Source: Amoeboaphelidium protococcarum X5
Lineage: Eukaryota > Fungi > Aphelidiomycota
Assembly: GCA_023515725.1 (NCBI GenBank)
Contig: JALDTO010000179.1
Span: 136,039 to 200,038 of the forward strand
Direction of reading: 5' to 3'
DNA length: 64,000 bases
The notes under the pieces were generated by a model. That model was not told the DNA's origin, did not search any database, and worked only from the letters and a program-made list of their open reading frames with translations. Below, piece after piece: positions 24,928 through 38,239 of the stretch. The position numbers and the translations under genes are program-made. The first letter of the stretch is position 1. Each line of letters begins with the position of its first letter.

Positions 24928-25006
24928 AAAGAATAATAAATTCCTCATACTCCATGCATTATTAGTCTATATTGCTCTATCAAAATCACATTTACCTTCA
25001 TGTTTT

Positions 25007-27199
25007 TCATTGTGAAATCTCACTATTTGCATCCTGGATCACAGACAGACTAGACGTTGACACCATGGTAGAGGGACTCTGCTCCATAGCATTTCCATTA
25101 TCAGAAGTGGTCGTTGAAGGCTTTCTAATACCCCATTTCGCGATACCACCACCTGATTTCTCACGCTAATGACCACTGCCTTTCTTAATTTGCTGAGAAT
25201 AGAACGAAGCCCATTGCATAATTTTGGATGATTCTTAACCTTTACTACCACTTTAACCATTGCCCACATAAGCTGATCCAGGAGACAGTACATTTACAAG
25301 ATCACCACCAATGGCACGCTGAGACTGAGGTGGTGAGAACCTATTCTTACGACTCATGTTAGGCGATAGATTTAAAGCTGGAATAGACTCGGCAGCCAGC
25401 TCTAATTTCTCCTATGTTGTCATTCCATTGTTCTCACTCAGAATTTAGGCCAGGGAAGATGTAGATTTGCGTCGATCAGAATTATTAGATCCAAAATCTT
25501 CTTCAATAGCTGGCATTTAATCTTGGAGCTACTACAGACTACTCTACAGTTATTCCGTGATAACATCCGAACCATTGGAAGATGTGGATGACTGATCCTT
25601 CTTATGCTTCTTTCCTCTCTTATTACCAACTTGACTCTGCTACTTTTCAATCAATTACGACTACGCATTGGGATGCTCAACCAACTCCCCACGCCTGACC
25701 ACACCCCATTCAATATCGCTACCATCACATTTCCATATTTAAATCTCATCCATATTGGGGAGAACAATGACATCCTCCATTGCTTCAACAATCTTGGACT
25801 CGAACGCATCTTTGATCATATTCAGGCCCATTTTAATGCTTTACTCATTAACCACTGGTCTAATCTGATTCTTCATGAACGGCAATTAAGTGAACGCCCA
25901 CCAAATACGTGTTGATGGTAACGGAGGAATCTTAATCATAACCTCACCCCTCACTTCTTCAATAATCCATTCGAGCAGTAGCTTCACCTTGTATTACTTT
26001 ATACTACTGACATCAAACTTGGCCTCAGTTTCCATCTCAATACGAAATCTACCATTATAATGGACATTGGCCAGAAATGACACTTGTCCATAATTATCAT
26101 ACTTTACATCGTGAATATTAGAAAATACGGGCAAACTTGAACCAGTATACAGGTCCTTAATAACGAGATCACCAACAAACTTGGGCTTGTTCATACGTGC
26201 CAACTTCTTCTCCAGCTTGTCTTTGATGAAAGTGTTTACGTGTTACTGATTGCATAAAGTAGCCCACATACGGCCTAGTATCAGGTTCAAACACATCAAA
26301 TCAACGGATGGAGTAGGTGATGAAGGCCCATTCAGCTGCTCAACATGACTGATCACCTCATCCATGTAATTTTTGTGTGATTATACATAAGCATCAGTTT
26401 GAACGCGATTACTAGCCTTATTCAAACTAATAAACCATTGCTCCTTCTCAATTCCAGTTGGAGCGTAGATATAATACACCTGTCCCTCCTCAGTGTTGCT
26501 GCGTGGAGATACTTTGATTGGATGGATGCGTGAAAATTAACGGCCAGGTGCTGAACTCTGAGGTTGTACCAACTCCACAGAGAAGTCGCGCAGATTGATC
26601 AATGTTCCATTGGACTTGTCCACGCCAGATTTGTAAATCTTAAGGATACCATCGGATGCCACGATATCTGCGTATCTAAGATGCTTATCAATAAACTATT
26701 TCCTATAGTTCTTGCCATGCTTATCCACCACTGCTACCTCCATCTCGGCAGTGCTTTGTTATTGCGGAGATTTGGGTCCTTTGCTGCTCTTCTTGGCCAG
26801 AAATTTTTAAATGTCGCGAGGTTTCAACGCGATAACAACATCTGCATCGTACTCGGCCTCTTTCACTAGCAAGATATAGCCAGACATGACAGAGTAAGTC
26901 TTGTGCAGATCATTCTCCTCTTTAGCTATAGATGTCATGTACTCTTTACTCAATGGTGGATTCCTTCTACTGCTACTACGTCCGCCTGGAATGACATATC
27001 TGATCACTCGCCTTGTTTACCTGATAGTACTGGTTGCCAGTGAAAAACTTTTAACAGTGATTTGATACGGGGCGGTCACCACAGTGTAGGAGGCCTTTAT
27101 AGGATAGACTACAAACACGGTAAAATACAGATTAGCCACTACACTTGCCGCATTTAAGGCACCAGTTGCAGCTGCATTCACAGCTTCAAACAATTTCAT
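25007..27199 (-). CDS. PH plus SMP-domain lipid transfer protein (Nvj2/TEX2-like)
   Basis: 731 codons. PH end YIYAPTGIEKEQWFISL; SMP motifs KLARMNKPKFVGDLVIKDL, PPLPSTRIWWAF and VLPNMDEI. Confidence 0.88.
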
Positions 27200-27473
27200 A
27201 TTAAGCAACTGTATATAGATTTTTGATTTCTCTTTTGATGAAACAACTCTATTGTGGGGTGTCAAGATGCTCAATCATAAAAATATAATGTCGCGATGTG
27301 GGTAAAAACAGTTGCCATGGTGATAATACGTGAACGCATGAAATTATAAAAATTCATTAAGACCGAGTTTAAACATTATGAGACGGATATGATACATCGT
27401 ACCAGAAGTTGACAGTTTTTTAGTGGAGTCATTCTTATGAAACCCGGTAAGATTCAGAACGATTGAACGCATG

Positions 27474-27500
27474 TCTTTCTCTCTCTCTCTCTCTCTCTCT
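27474..27500. repeat. (CT)n microsatellite in a divergent promoter
   Basis: Run of CT dinucleotides visible in the sequence. Confidence 0.9.
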
Positions 27501-27555
27501 TTCCTTCGCGTCTTTGACAACGGGAGAGACAGCAAACAACGGTATAGAACGAACA

Positions 27556-27796
27556 ATGTCCGACAACATCACAACGTTTGCGCGGATAAAGAAAGGCGCT
27601 AGGATTGTGTTCAGTGTCTACGTCTCAGCTTACGTGTTTGTCAAAGTAAATCATTATGTTCTTGTCAAATATAAGGTATGTTATCATCATATTTGCTAAT
27701 TCTATAATCGATCGATGACACATTGAGTAGGAGAATCGCGTATATCAATTGACTTAATATCGAGATTAAATGATGGACAAGATTGTTAAATTATGA
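27556..27796 (+). CDS. Small single-TM protein of about 61 aa; one intron at 27676-27730
   Basis: MSDNITTFARIKKGARIVFSVYVSAYVFVKV, then a GTATGT..TAG intron and an in-frame exon ending in TGA. Confidence 0.55.
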
Positions 27797-27808
27797 AAAA
27801 TTATAGTC

Positions 27809-29713
27809 TCACAATTTCATATCCATACTCAAAATGCTCTGGTACACATCAGTCGATAATTTAATATATATGACGCGGTCTTTGGATCTTTGAAATACGT
27901 ATAGATTATCTTATACTATGGCCGGATCAAATCCCTCTTTGACATACCTGTCTTTGCGATATTTAAATGTGCTAGTCTTTTCATTGCCATTCTCTACATT
28001 GGATAGCAGTCTTATAAACTATGGCACTGCGTACTTTGGTAATTTCGAATCCACGTATTATGCAAAGTCATCGAGACTGATCTTGTCGTCCCCATTTAAT
28101 GATAATATAAGCATACCAGCCTTTCCCTCATATCCTTTCACAGCAACACCCACTACATTAGCTTCCTATACGCCAGGATACTTGTAAATGATGTTCTCAA
28201 TCTCTACGGTCGCCACGTTCTCACTCTTCCATCTAAATGTGTCACCAGTTCTGTCGACAAAGTAATAGAACCCCTCCTGGGTACACTTCAACAAATCCCC
28301 CGTGGAGAACCAGACGTCACCATTTCGAAATACGGAGCGGTACAATTTCCTCTCGGTCTGACTTTAATCTACATAACCATCATACTTGCCGTCATCCAGA
28401 GGCATGATCAATTCTCCAGTCTCACCAACTTGGACCTCAGTCATAAAGCCATCAGCAGCATTGCGCACCGGGCACTTCTCTGACAAATCATACTTAACCA
28501 ATACTCCAGAATACAGATGCTTCTACTACGGCGGCACATAGCCACAACTGCCAACTACATTGAACCACTAAACGACGGAATCGCCAGGCATTTCTGTAGA
28601 GCCATAGTGTTCAACCACACGTTCAATGCCCATAGCCATCACCTACCGCCATGTCTCTTCCTTAAGACCGTTTCCCACAATGACACGCAGAGGATGCTCT
28701 TTTGGGATTTTATCAGCGGGCAGAGTGGTCAAGTATCTCCACAGTTCACCAACATGAATCATGTATCTACACTACCATTTGGAAACATCATTCCAGAATT
28801 AGCTGACAGAAAACTTCTCTCTGATCACTGCGCGCATACCATTCATGATCACGGTCGAAAGTGCAACAGCGCCGCCATTCCCATGATACAGAGGAAGAGG
28901 GATGTAATAGCTGCATCCAGTCTCAGCTTTCGATGGGTGAGTCCAATTCAGTCCACAGCCAATCCACCGCTTATGAGAAAATTTAGCAGCCTTTGAAGCT
29001 CCCGTAGTACCGCTCGTGTAAATGTAGACAAATGGATCCCTTTGAATTACATGGCGTCTATGACCGGCAAATTCATCGGAAGTGTAGCTAGTAAAATTCT
29101 ACCAGTCAACCATTTATAGCTAAATATTTGTAGACAATTTTTCTTCAATCTCCCCCTTATTCACAAAATGCATTGCATCCTAGTCTGTGCATAGAGTATA
29201 AATAGGCAGCTGAGACAGAGATACGTATTCTCCACCGGACAAAGCATCCTTGACATTATCAGCAGATCCCTCATCAACTATGCATAGCGATGGCTGAGCA
29301 ATATTGATAGCATGTCCCAACAAATCTCCTTTTAAATTGAAATTAATCAGCGCTACGGTCCAGCCAACTTTAGCTAATCCAATAGTGACCGCGGGATATA
29401 AGCAGCTGTTTCTACTAACGAACGCAATACATCTGGTCTACTGCGGCTACGAAGATCCATTCTATGTACTCGTTTAAATGTACTATACACTCCATGCAGC
29501 GATGCATGACGCAATGTGATCTAACTAGCCGTAAGTAAACGACACGTTGCTATCAACGCAGGCGATACAAGGCAAGTCCTTATATAGTCGCACACTTCTC
29601 TCCCAGTAATCAGCAACATTTTCTGCAGCCTGATCTTACTGAAGTTTAGACGATAATTACTTCTTAAACGCTTGTGCTTTTAGCCATTCCTCTTCATAGT
29701 TTACAGTGGCCAT
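27809..29713 (-). CDS. FAT1: Very-long-chain acyl-CoA synthetase / fatty acid transport protein
   Basis: 635 codons. YIYTSGTTGASKAA, YGSTE, WFSTGDL and DRTGDTFRWKSENVATVE. Confidence 0.93.
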
Positions 29714-30124
29714 TTTCAGGTAAATTCAGTGTATCCAAGCGTTAAGAACAAGAATCGAAATTTAGCTTTCAACAATTCAAATGATAAAGCAACCAACTTT
29801 AACGTGATGACGTCTGAACAAGAAGAGCGACTAAAGAGAAAGGAATTTCAGGTTAGTCTGAAACAATGAAATCTGCACATCTTTTGCTGTGTTAATATAG
29901 TCAATGTTTTAATCAAATGCGCTGATCCTTAAATGGTTATTTGAAGGAGCTTTGCGAGACTTTCTAATTCTGGAATGCATCCAACATCCAATCAAAATGG
30001 GACTGGCAAAGCAAAGCTTGAAATTCGATTTAGAACCACTTGATCTTGAACTTCTTCTTATTCTTTCTACTCTGCAGTCAACAATTCATAAGAAAATATA
30101 TATTAAATAGCAGTATATATATCA

Positions 30125-30904
30125 ATGGAGAATATCAATAGTAATTGTCATCAATTATATCTGGCTAATGCGCGTCCAAGTGCATGCGACATTAACGCGT
30201 TGCTTAACGACGAAAACTCATGTGAAACAAAACAACCTTTGCCGATCCTCGATATCCCCCAGAATCTATCTCTCAACGAGCAATGCTATGATCCTGTTGA
30301 AGCATGGCTGAATAATTAGCGCCACTCGCCTCCTCTGTCTCCGGCTATTCTCTCTGAGTTTGCACCGCAACTAGGATTCGATGTCACCACTCAGCTTCTG
30401 GATCCGCGCGTGATCGTCAGTCCTCCCCTCTTCTACCTGCCATTCAATAGCGAGCCTAATCTGTTTCCATTCAGACCGAATGCCTCTTTGAAGAGTAAAC
30501 GTGCCTTTGACGAAGAGGATGAAGTCGATGGTGATACAGAAGGAAAGGAGAATAAACTCCCTAATTTGTAGACTCCATTTAAGAAGGTGTGTGGTGATAA
30601 TGCGCGATGTCAGGTGATGTTGCCACCTCTAAGAATGGATATCCTGAATGGTGATGGTGCCGTAAAGAGTAAACTGTTTAAATGCTCCCAATGTCTGGTG
30701 CCAAACTATTTCAACAGTCAAGTAGAGTATAGCAGTCATATGATCAAAGTCCACTCTAAAGACGGATACAAATGTCCAAATTGTCACAAGCACATAAAGA
30801 CTTGGGATGGTTTCAAGAAGCATCAGCGCAAAACTCTCGCGAACGGTTACTGCCAATCTGTTGGACGTCCGTCAAGATCTGGACTGCATTCGCCGCGTAA
30901 GTGA
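30125..30904 (+). CDS. C2H2 zinc-finger transcription factor
   Basis: 260 codons. FKCSQC..HMIKVH and YKCPNC..FKKHQ. Confidence 0.8.
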
Positions 30905-31110
30905 TGCCTAATTGGATTTGATATCTCTCTTGCTCTTTATACCACGGTCGTGTTCTGATATAATAATGATGATGATTTGTAATAAAATATCTGATGAATT
31001 GAGTGCTTACAAAGATCTTTTCGCGTGTCATTTGGTAAGCGACCATTTGATTTTAACAATACTAGACTTGCGTTCATCTTCGTTTTATAATCAGTATCGA
31101 CATCGTAGAG

Positions 31111-31500
31111 ATGAGTTAATTTCTGACGCGTTTGTCCAAGGCACCGCTTTATAGTAGACAATGGTGGATGGATAGCTCTGTGATTATGGGTGTATTTGCA
31201 GTCACTGGATCTAGCACAATGTTGGTTGTGAGACCTGCTGTGTAGTATTTGCATCACACTTTAATGGCAGATGCGTTCGCTGACAGCACAAACGCCAAAT
31301 ATACTTTATTTAACAACAGTCCGTGGTCTTTCAAGATTATGTATCTTATGACCACTATGCCGGTGTACAGTTTAATCCTTTACAGTCTTGGTCGAGTATC
31401 TGGGAAATCGTACTACTTCAATCATGTGCTTGAGAGAATGTGGGGACGAATTCTACCACAACGCGTATAACAAAGACTTTTTAAATAGAATGTGGATTGA
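31111..31500 (+). CDS. Small membrane protein, DUF6787-like
   Basis: 130 codons. WW..VFAVTGSSTMLVVRP and MPVYSLILYSLGRVSG..YF..RMW. Confidence 0.65.
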
Positions 31501-31890
31501 CGTTGTATTAATTTGAAGATTTATATAAATTTACTATGTAATTATAATCATTATACTTGTCATTTCTTTTGTATTTTTGAAGGATCGGATGGGATAGACT
31601 ACACATGTAACGGGAGAGATATCACTGTGCATAAGTAGTAATTTAATCCTACCAGTTGAGGCTTCATGATGTACTAAGTCACCTCAGTACCCACGTACAT
31701 TGACGCTATCACTACAAGAAATTTTTTGGTTCCCAATGACAGAGCCATTTAAAATAAAGATAAGTTGCTATAAATTTGTTAATAACAGTCCACTCTTGCT
31801 ACTATCTCTCGTTTAAAAGAAGGAGTAGCCTTGCAGAGCTAATCGTCTCTTGATAGGAGTTTATACTGATCGATCACCTTATAGAGTAAA

Positions 31891-32892
31891 ATGATCAAAT
31901 TAAATTCATTAAAAGTAAAGAGAGCCACGTCTTACACATGCTTTTTACGTGATTATTTTGATAAAATGAAGTAGAATAATAAGGCATTTGATACTCTATA
32001 GAAAACTGTCAAAGATGCCTCAGCTGAATGGCATTAGTTGCCTCAGTCAGAACGCGTCCAATATCAAGTGCGAGCTAAACAATTGAATAAATAGTACTTG
32101 GATTAAATTGTGCACAAAGTCAAGATATCTTAGAGTAATGAGGCGGATGGTGAGGTCACGTCTAGCTCGCGAATGTCCGGATTTACAGTATTCATTTAGG
32201 ATGAATTCGCCAAGCACAGGGAGCGTGCACATCATAGAGAGGATGGCGCTAGGAGCATAATGAAAGAGATTGCTGCCAAATGGCGCGAAATGTCTCCATC
32301 TCAGAAAATAGTAAGATACATTTGAATTATTATGTTTATTAAATTTGCCGCGATAAAGCTATAATGCGATATGTACTGTATGTAGGAATATGCTACAAGG
32401 GCGGCTGATATTCGCGATTAAGCACAAGTTGTAAATTTCCCTAATCTCGGCGATAAGACATAGCCTGTTGTCACCTCAGCATGGTAGCTCTTTGTAAAGA
32501 CCCATTACGATGAATACACAGATAAAAATATAACGTTTGCAGCTATCGTCAACATCCTGGCAGATAGATGGAAGTCTTTAGATGCAGAGTAGAAATCTGT
32601 GTATCAGCGACTCGTTAAAAAAGAGGGATATAGTACTCAACTCACCACTGCTCATGGTAAAGCGACGATGCATAATCTGTTTGGCGAGTAAAAGAAGCGA
32701 AAGCGGAAGGGATCCATTGTCATTAACGATTACCACCTTTTCATGAGTCAGCGATGGAAAGAGATTATGGAAGACAGGATGAAAGATGACGATTATACAT
32801 CATCAAAAGACGCGTAAAAGTTCAAATTTGCTGAAACTGTAAAGCAATTGGCCGCTGAGTGGCGCAAGTAAAAGATCAAGAACTTGTCATGA
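31891..32892 (+). CDS. Multi-HMG-box protein (four boxes); one intron at about 32311-32385
   Basis: Four repeats of the S/N-x-Y/F/W-x-x-F...K-x-A-x-x-W pattern (TSYTCF, SGFTVF, SAWQLF, NDYHLF). An upstream in-frame ATG at 31666 is cut off by TGA 31867. Confidence 0.8.
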
Positions 32893-33006
32893 TCAGATTA
32901 ATAGTAGTAGAGATGAGATGAGATGAGATGAATGTGATGATGAACTAATTTATCATACAGGGTGAGTAATCTAATGTACAATATATTTTTAAACAGATAG
33001 ATACTA

Positions 33007-33463
33007 TCAGTCTTTCGCTGTAATAGGACTTTTCGATCGTTCCCTTCTATTATTCTACTGTTGTTCAACATTGCCTTTACGCCTTGTAGCATTAGCCGGA
33101 GAATTCAACAATTGTCGACGCGTCGCTGACAGTGGGCCATTCTTGAACGCGAAATCCACTCTGATGGTCTAATTATACAAATTTGTGTTGTTCATCTTCT
33201 TGATAGCTTACACTGCTTCTTCGTACTCTCCATACTCGATTAATGCGTATCCTTTAGCAAATCCGGTCCTTCGATCGAGATTCATATGTATGCTCTACAC
33301 TTTGCCGAAATCACTAAACTTGTCAATCACCGAGTCCTCTTCCGCCTCTTCATGGACACCAGCAACCATAATGACCCATCCCTCAATCGCTACACGCACG
33401 TACTTTAAATATGATCATTATACATATGAAATTAGTAATATTACATTTCAAAGGCTCAAACAT
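33007..33463 (-). CDS. RBM8A: Exon junction complex RRM protein Y14; one intron
   Basis: SIEGWVIMVAGVHEEA, HMNLDRRTGFAKGYALIEY and VDFAF. Confidence 0.95.
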
Positions 33464-33555
33464 TATTTAATTCCCGAAAAAGTCTAATTCTTGATGATAA
33501 AAAGAAAGTTTCGATAAGAGGAGAAAACGGAACTCTAAAGTTTTGCTCTATTTTA

Positions 33556-34788
33556 TCAGAGTGATTAAGTTGGAAACGACAGAGCGGAACTATCCATCAA
33601 CGTATCGGCATCCAATTTCTTGGGCCGAGCAACAATGTAGTATGTAGAACCAAAGTTCCATCTGTTGATGTACTCAATTTCCAAATTACTGGATCTCACA
33701 AGCCGTTCAATATCACGATTCCATCGACAGCCCCAATTGGTGAGGTGTGTCTCTGCACCATCCCGAAGAGCCTTCTCCACAAATCCATAACTACTCTAAC
33801 CATGTTCTAATAGGAGAACCTTGCCTTCAGGCTTACATACGCGCGCTAGTTCATTTAAAGCATCTATCACGTCGCGTTCCTCATCATGGTTATCATGGTT
33901 GTGGTCCTGTTTAATTCCAGATTCACTCTATGTCAGAATACTACAAAGTCCAAAGGTATCAATCACAGTGTCATATGTATTGTCTGGAGATAGTAGACGC
34001 GTAGCATCAGCTTATTCTACTTTAGTGGGGATAGATGAAAGATTACGATAATTGTCCACTTTTTGTTAGGTAATTTCAAGCATATATGGGGATTAATCTA
34101 ACAAGTGAAGACTTTAGACATTACTTACGTGATAATACTTCAAATTCCTACCAGTACCACATGATACTTCAAGAACATCTCCGCGCGCATGTTATCGAAT
34201 CATCCACCATCTGAACGCCTTGATTCCCATTATGAGTTCATCCAGATCAATCTTGGAATCGTACATTGAAGCTATTTTATCAAAAACGGTTCCGCTTGCT
34301 GTAGTTTCCTCGGTACGGACAGCATTCAGTTGTTCCAGAGGAGTCTATTGTGATGATTAGAGAGTGCCAGCGGAACTACTACCTGCTATGTCGACTTACA
34401 GCGAACTCTTAATCTTTTCTCCGTATACTTGTTAAATGTAATACGACACGCCCGCATATACAACGATTACGTGACCAGCGATAGCCCATTTGGAATAATA
34501 CCACGGTCGCTTCCCTATAGGAGATGAAGAAGATGTCTAGGATGGATTAGAATTGATGTTACTATTTAGAGATGTAGCACCATCAGGCTTCTAAACGTGG
34601 TTATTGGGTTATTAAGCGCGTCCGCTCTTAGCAGTCGCAGTATTCTTCTTCCCTTACGCTGGTGATAATGTCTCAAATAGAGGGTCTTTCATCAATCGCT
34701 GACGTCTTAACTATTATTGGGTATTCCTAACCACGGCCGGTTTCACATTATTCAAAACCGGGATAAACGGTTTCAGTTTCACAGTCAT
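33556..34788 (-). CDS. OMS1: Mitochondrial SAM-dependent methyltransferase, Oms1-like
   Basis: 411 codons. DVLEVSCGTGRN, YDTVIDTFGLCS, LLEHGQS and WGCRWNRDI. Confidence 0.85.
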
Positions 34789-35069
34789 TCTATTGCTTCT
34801 TAATAACGTCACTTCTGTTTTCCTGTGCACCAGAGCAAAGTAGAGCAGAAAGATATCTCAAAAAAGTTTTTTCCAGATTCCACAAAGTTTTGATTTGCGT
34901 CTGGTGGAAAACAGTGAAATTGTTTGTTCCGTTTCGCGTCCTCCTCCTCTTTCTCTTTACAATAGATTTCTCTTCTCAGGTCTGTTATACATAGTTATCA
35001 CTGTAAATCTCGAAAGTATACTAATTACCACGTTGAAAACTTTGAATTTATTTTCTTTATTGGTTAAGT

Positions 35070-38000
35070 ATGACGGTCAAGTATTGTTTATTGACTTCAA
35101 AGAAGGGATTAAAGTTGTTGCATATCCATACAAAGAGTCCCATTATCCATGCTACCATTGTCGTTCCCACGAAGGCTGAGAATGATAAAGGCCTGCCACA
35201 TACACTAGAGCATTTGATCTTTATGGGAAGTTAGCATTTTCCCTTTAAAGGCACGTTAGATCAACTGGCCAATCTGAGTGTCTCCAATGGTACTAATGCT
35301 TGGACTGATGTTGATCATACCGCTTACACTGTTACCACTGCTTCTGTGGACGGAATGTTAAAGATTCTGCCAGTGTACATTGATCATATTCTGAATCCCA
35401 CGTTGACTGACTCTGCATTCGTAACTGAAGTTTTTCATTACACCAGCAGTGGTGAGTAGAGAGGTGTGGTTGTGAGTGAGATGAAGGCGCGATAGAACAC
35501 CATGGAGGATTTGTCAAATCTAGCACTGCACCGTGCACTTTATGGCGGTAGTTCCTTCTCTTATGAGACTGGTGGATTTGTAAAAGAATTGCGGTAGTTG
35601 AAGGCTCAAGAGTGCAGAGACTTTCACAAGTAGCATTATAATACATCCCAGATCTTGATAATAGTCTGTGGTGGTATTGAATAGGATCAGTTATCCTCTC
35701 ATTTGGATGATCTTGACTCGTATGTCAATCATGACTCCGCGCATATTAATTCTTAGATTTAATCCAAAGTCTGGAGTGGATATTTCCCACAGGCGTATAG
35801 TGGTAACAAAGTGGAGCATGTCAAATATCCATCCGATGATGATAGTGTCGGTTCGGTGCTGATAGGATGGAGAATTGGACACCATCCTTGCTCAGTTCCT
35901 AACGCATCATTGGATGAGAAAAAGCTGATGATTCGTGACCAAGTCGCCGTTGATATTCTGATGGAGTATCTCACAGATTCCTCACTGGCCTTGTTGTAGA
36001 AAGTGTTTGTTGAAGGCCAGAATGATGATAAGATTGTCTACGCAAGCGATGTGGACTATTCGCTGTTGCATTACAGTGATGTTGGAGTATCTCTTGATTT
36101 TGTTGGTGCTAATACTGAACATCTCTCGAAGATTGAAGGGCTTTTGTATAAAGTATTGCAATCTCATTCTATCGACATGGAGCGTATTAAGAGTATTGTG
36201 CAGCGTAGAATTCTTAATCTGCAAGACACGGTGGAGACTGATCCGTCTTCCTATTTTGTTCGTCATATCATCCCGCTGTTCATGTATGGACAGTCAGATG
36301 AAGACATGTCGTTTGCCTTTGTGGACTTTTACTCTGCTCTTTTAGATTAACCGTCATAGTATTGGACTGATCTGTTGACGAGCAGTATTGCATCAAAGGA
36401 TCATTGTGTGATAATTAGTGAACCATCATTGACCATGGGTTAGGAGATTGAGGATGAAGATCGCTAGTATTGCCAGCAGTTCTGTAAGGGAAAGTCTGAA
36501 GAGGAGTTGAAAGGACTAGATTAGCTGGTGGTTGATTCTGCAAAGGCCAATGACACCCCTATTCCTCATGAAGTACTGCAGAAGTTTGGTGCTTTCACTG
36601 TTGATAAATCAAAGTTGATTCAGGTGTCAGATGCTTCTGTCACATTTGCTAATGCGGATGGTCAGAATGGTGGCACTTTGTCATCTCCGGAGCGTAAAAA
36701 GGCTAGAGTCTCCATTAGCGGCTCTGATAAATAATACGTCAGTGTTGTGGATACAGAATTTGTGAATGTCGAGTATATCGTTGATGTATCTGGGTGGGAT
36801 TAGTCCAAAAAATTGCTTCTGGAGATTTTGATGGATTGCATCTTCACTCTTCCAGTGCTTAAGCCTGATGGAATTACACTTTCATCTGAAGATGTCGTAT
36901 AAGGATTGACTAAAGATACTATAGCATATGGTAATTCTCTAGGCTTTGGTGCTGGATCTAGCTTCACTTGTGGTCTTTTTGCGTCATATTTACTGTTGGA
37001 AGTGAAGGCGCATAATAGCAAAGTTTAAGACGCAGTCAAATGGTTAGGACACGTTATTAATCACTCTCAAGTTACTGAAGAGCGAGTCAAAGTTAGCATA
37101 GATCGTTTGCTGGGTGAAATACCTGATTACATCCGTGATGGCAGTTACATGCTTAACGATTTGGTGCGTAGAAAGCTGTTCCAGAGTGATTCTGCCTAGT
37201 ACCTCAGCACTGTTTCAATGCAGAAGGAATTTTTGGACTCTTGTAAACCAGATTCCTCTTTAGTGTAAGCATTATAAGCTGTGCGTGCTGACTTGGCTTA
37301 GAAATCTTATTGCGTAATACACGGCGTATGTGGTTAGAGTCTGACTAAAGATTTGCGTGATCATTTAGAATAGAGCTTCGTATTAGGGGAATAAGAGCCA
37401 GTCGCAGTTACTAAATTCCCAGTGTTGGCTCGTGATTTGATGACTGACACGAAACCGCTGCTTGGACGAATCTTTCTGTGTCCTATAAAATCTATTGAAA
37501 GTTCTTATATGCAGTTCTATGTCAAAGGACCCACTGCATACAATGATCCAATGTTACCATCTCTGATGACTGTTATTGAGTACTTGACCATGTTGGAAGG
37601 ACCATTTTGGAAATCTGTTCGTGGTCAGGGACTGGCGTACCATATGTCCATGAAAATCTCAATAGAGATGGGAATGATTTATTATCGTGTGTATAGGAGT
37701 CCAAATGGGTATGAGGCGTACAAAGCGGTGACTAGAGAACTGAAGGATTACGCGAGTTAAAAGTTGAAATGGAATGAACAGCTTCTGAAATGTGCCAAGA
37801 GCTCTCTATTCTACTCGCTGGTTCAATGTGAGGATAATGTTCACTCTGCGGCTAGTGAATCTTTTATCTCCTCAGCCTTTAAGGGATTGAAGAAGGAACA
37901 TCGTTTGCAGTGGATGTTGGATCAGATCGAGAAGGTCACTTTAGCAGATATATCAGCTGCGTTTGAGTAATATCTAGTTTAGTTCTCCGATCCGCTGCAA

Positions 38001-38153
38001 TCGACTGGGTTTGCCACTACTATGCCTGCAATGACTGATGCCATGTAAAAAGGCTGGACATCGGATGGGTTCAAAGTTGAAATGGTTGAACTTATCTCAT
38101 CTAGTGATCAAGATGACGCGTCGGACAGCGGAAGTGAGCAAGATGAAGATTGA
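35070..38153 (+). CDS. M16 zinc metallopeptidase (insulinase family, Sdd3/C05D11.1-like)
   Basis: 1028 codons. GLPHTLEHLIFMGS (HxxEH), GTNAWTDVDHTAY, GVVVSEM, YETGG and WKSVRGQGLAY. Confidence 0.93.
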
Positions 38154-38239
38154 CAGTAGAGATTCAATAAATTTGTCAATTTTATACATTACATTTTTAT
38201 TAATCACATCTTACACATATTTAGTTAACAATATCAAGT

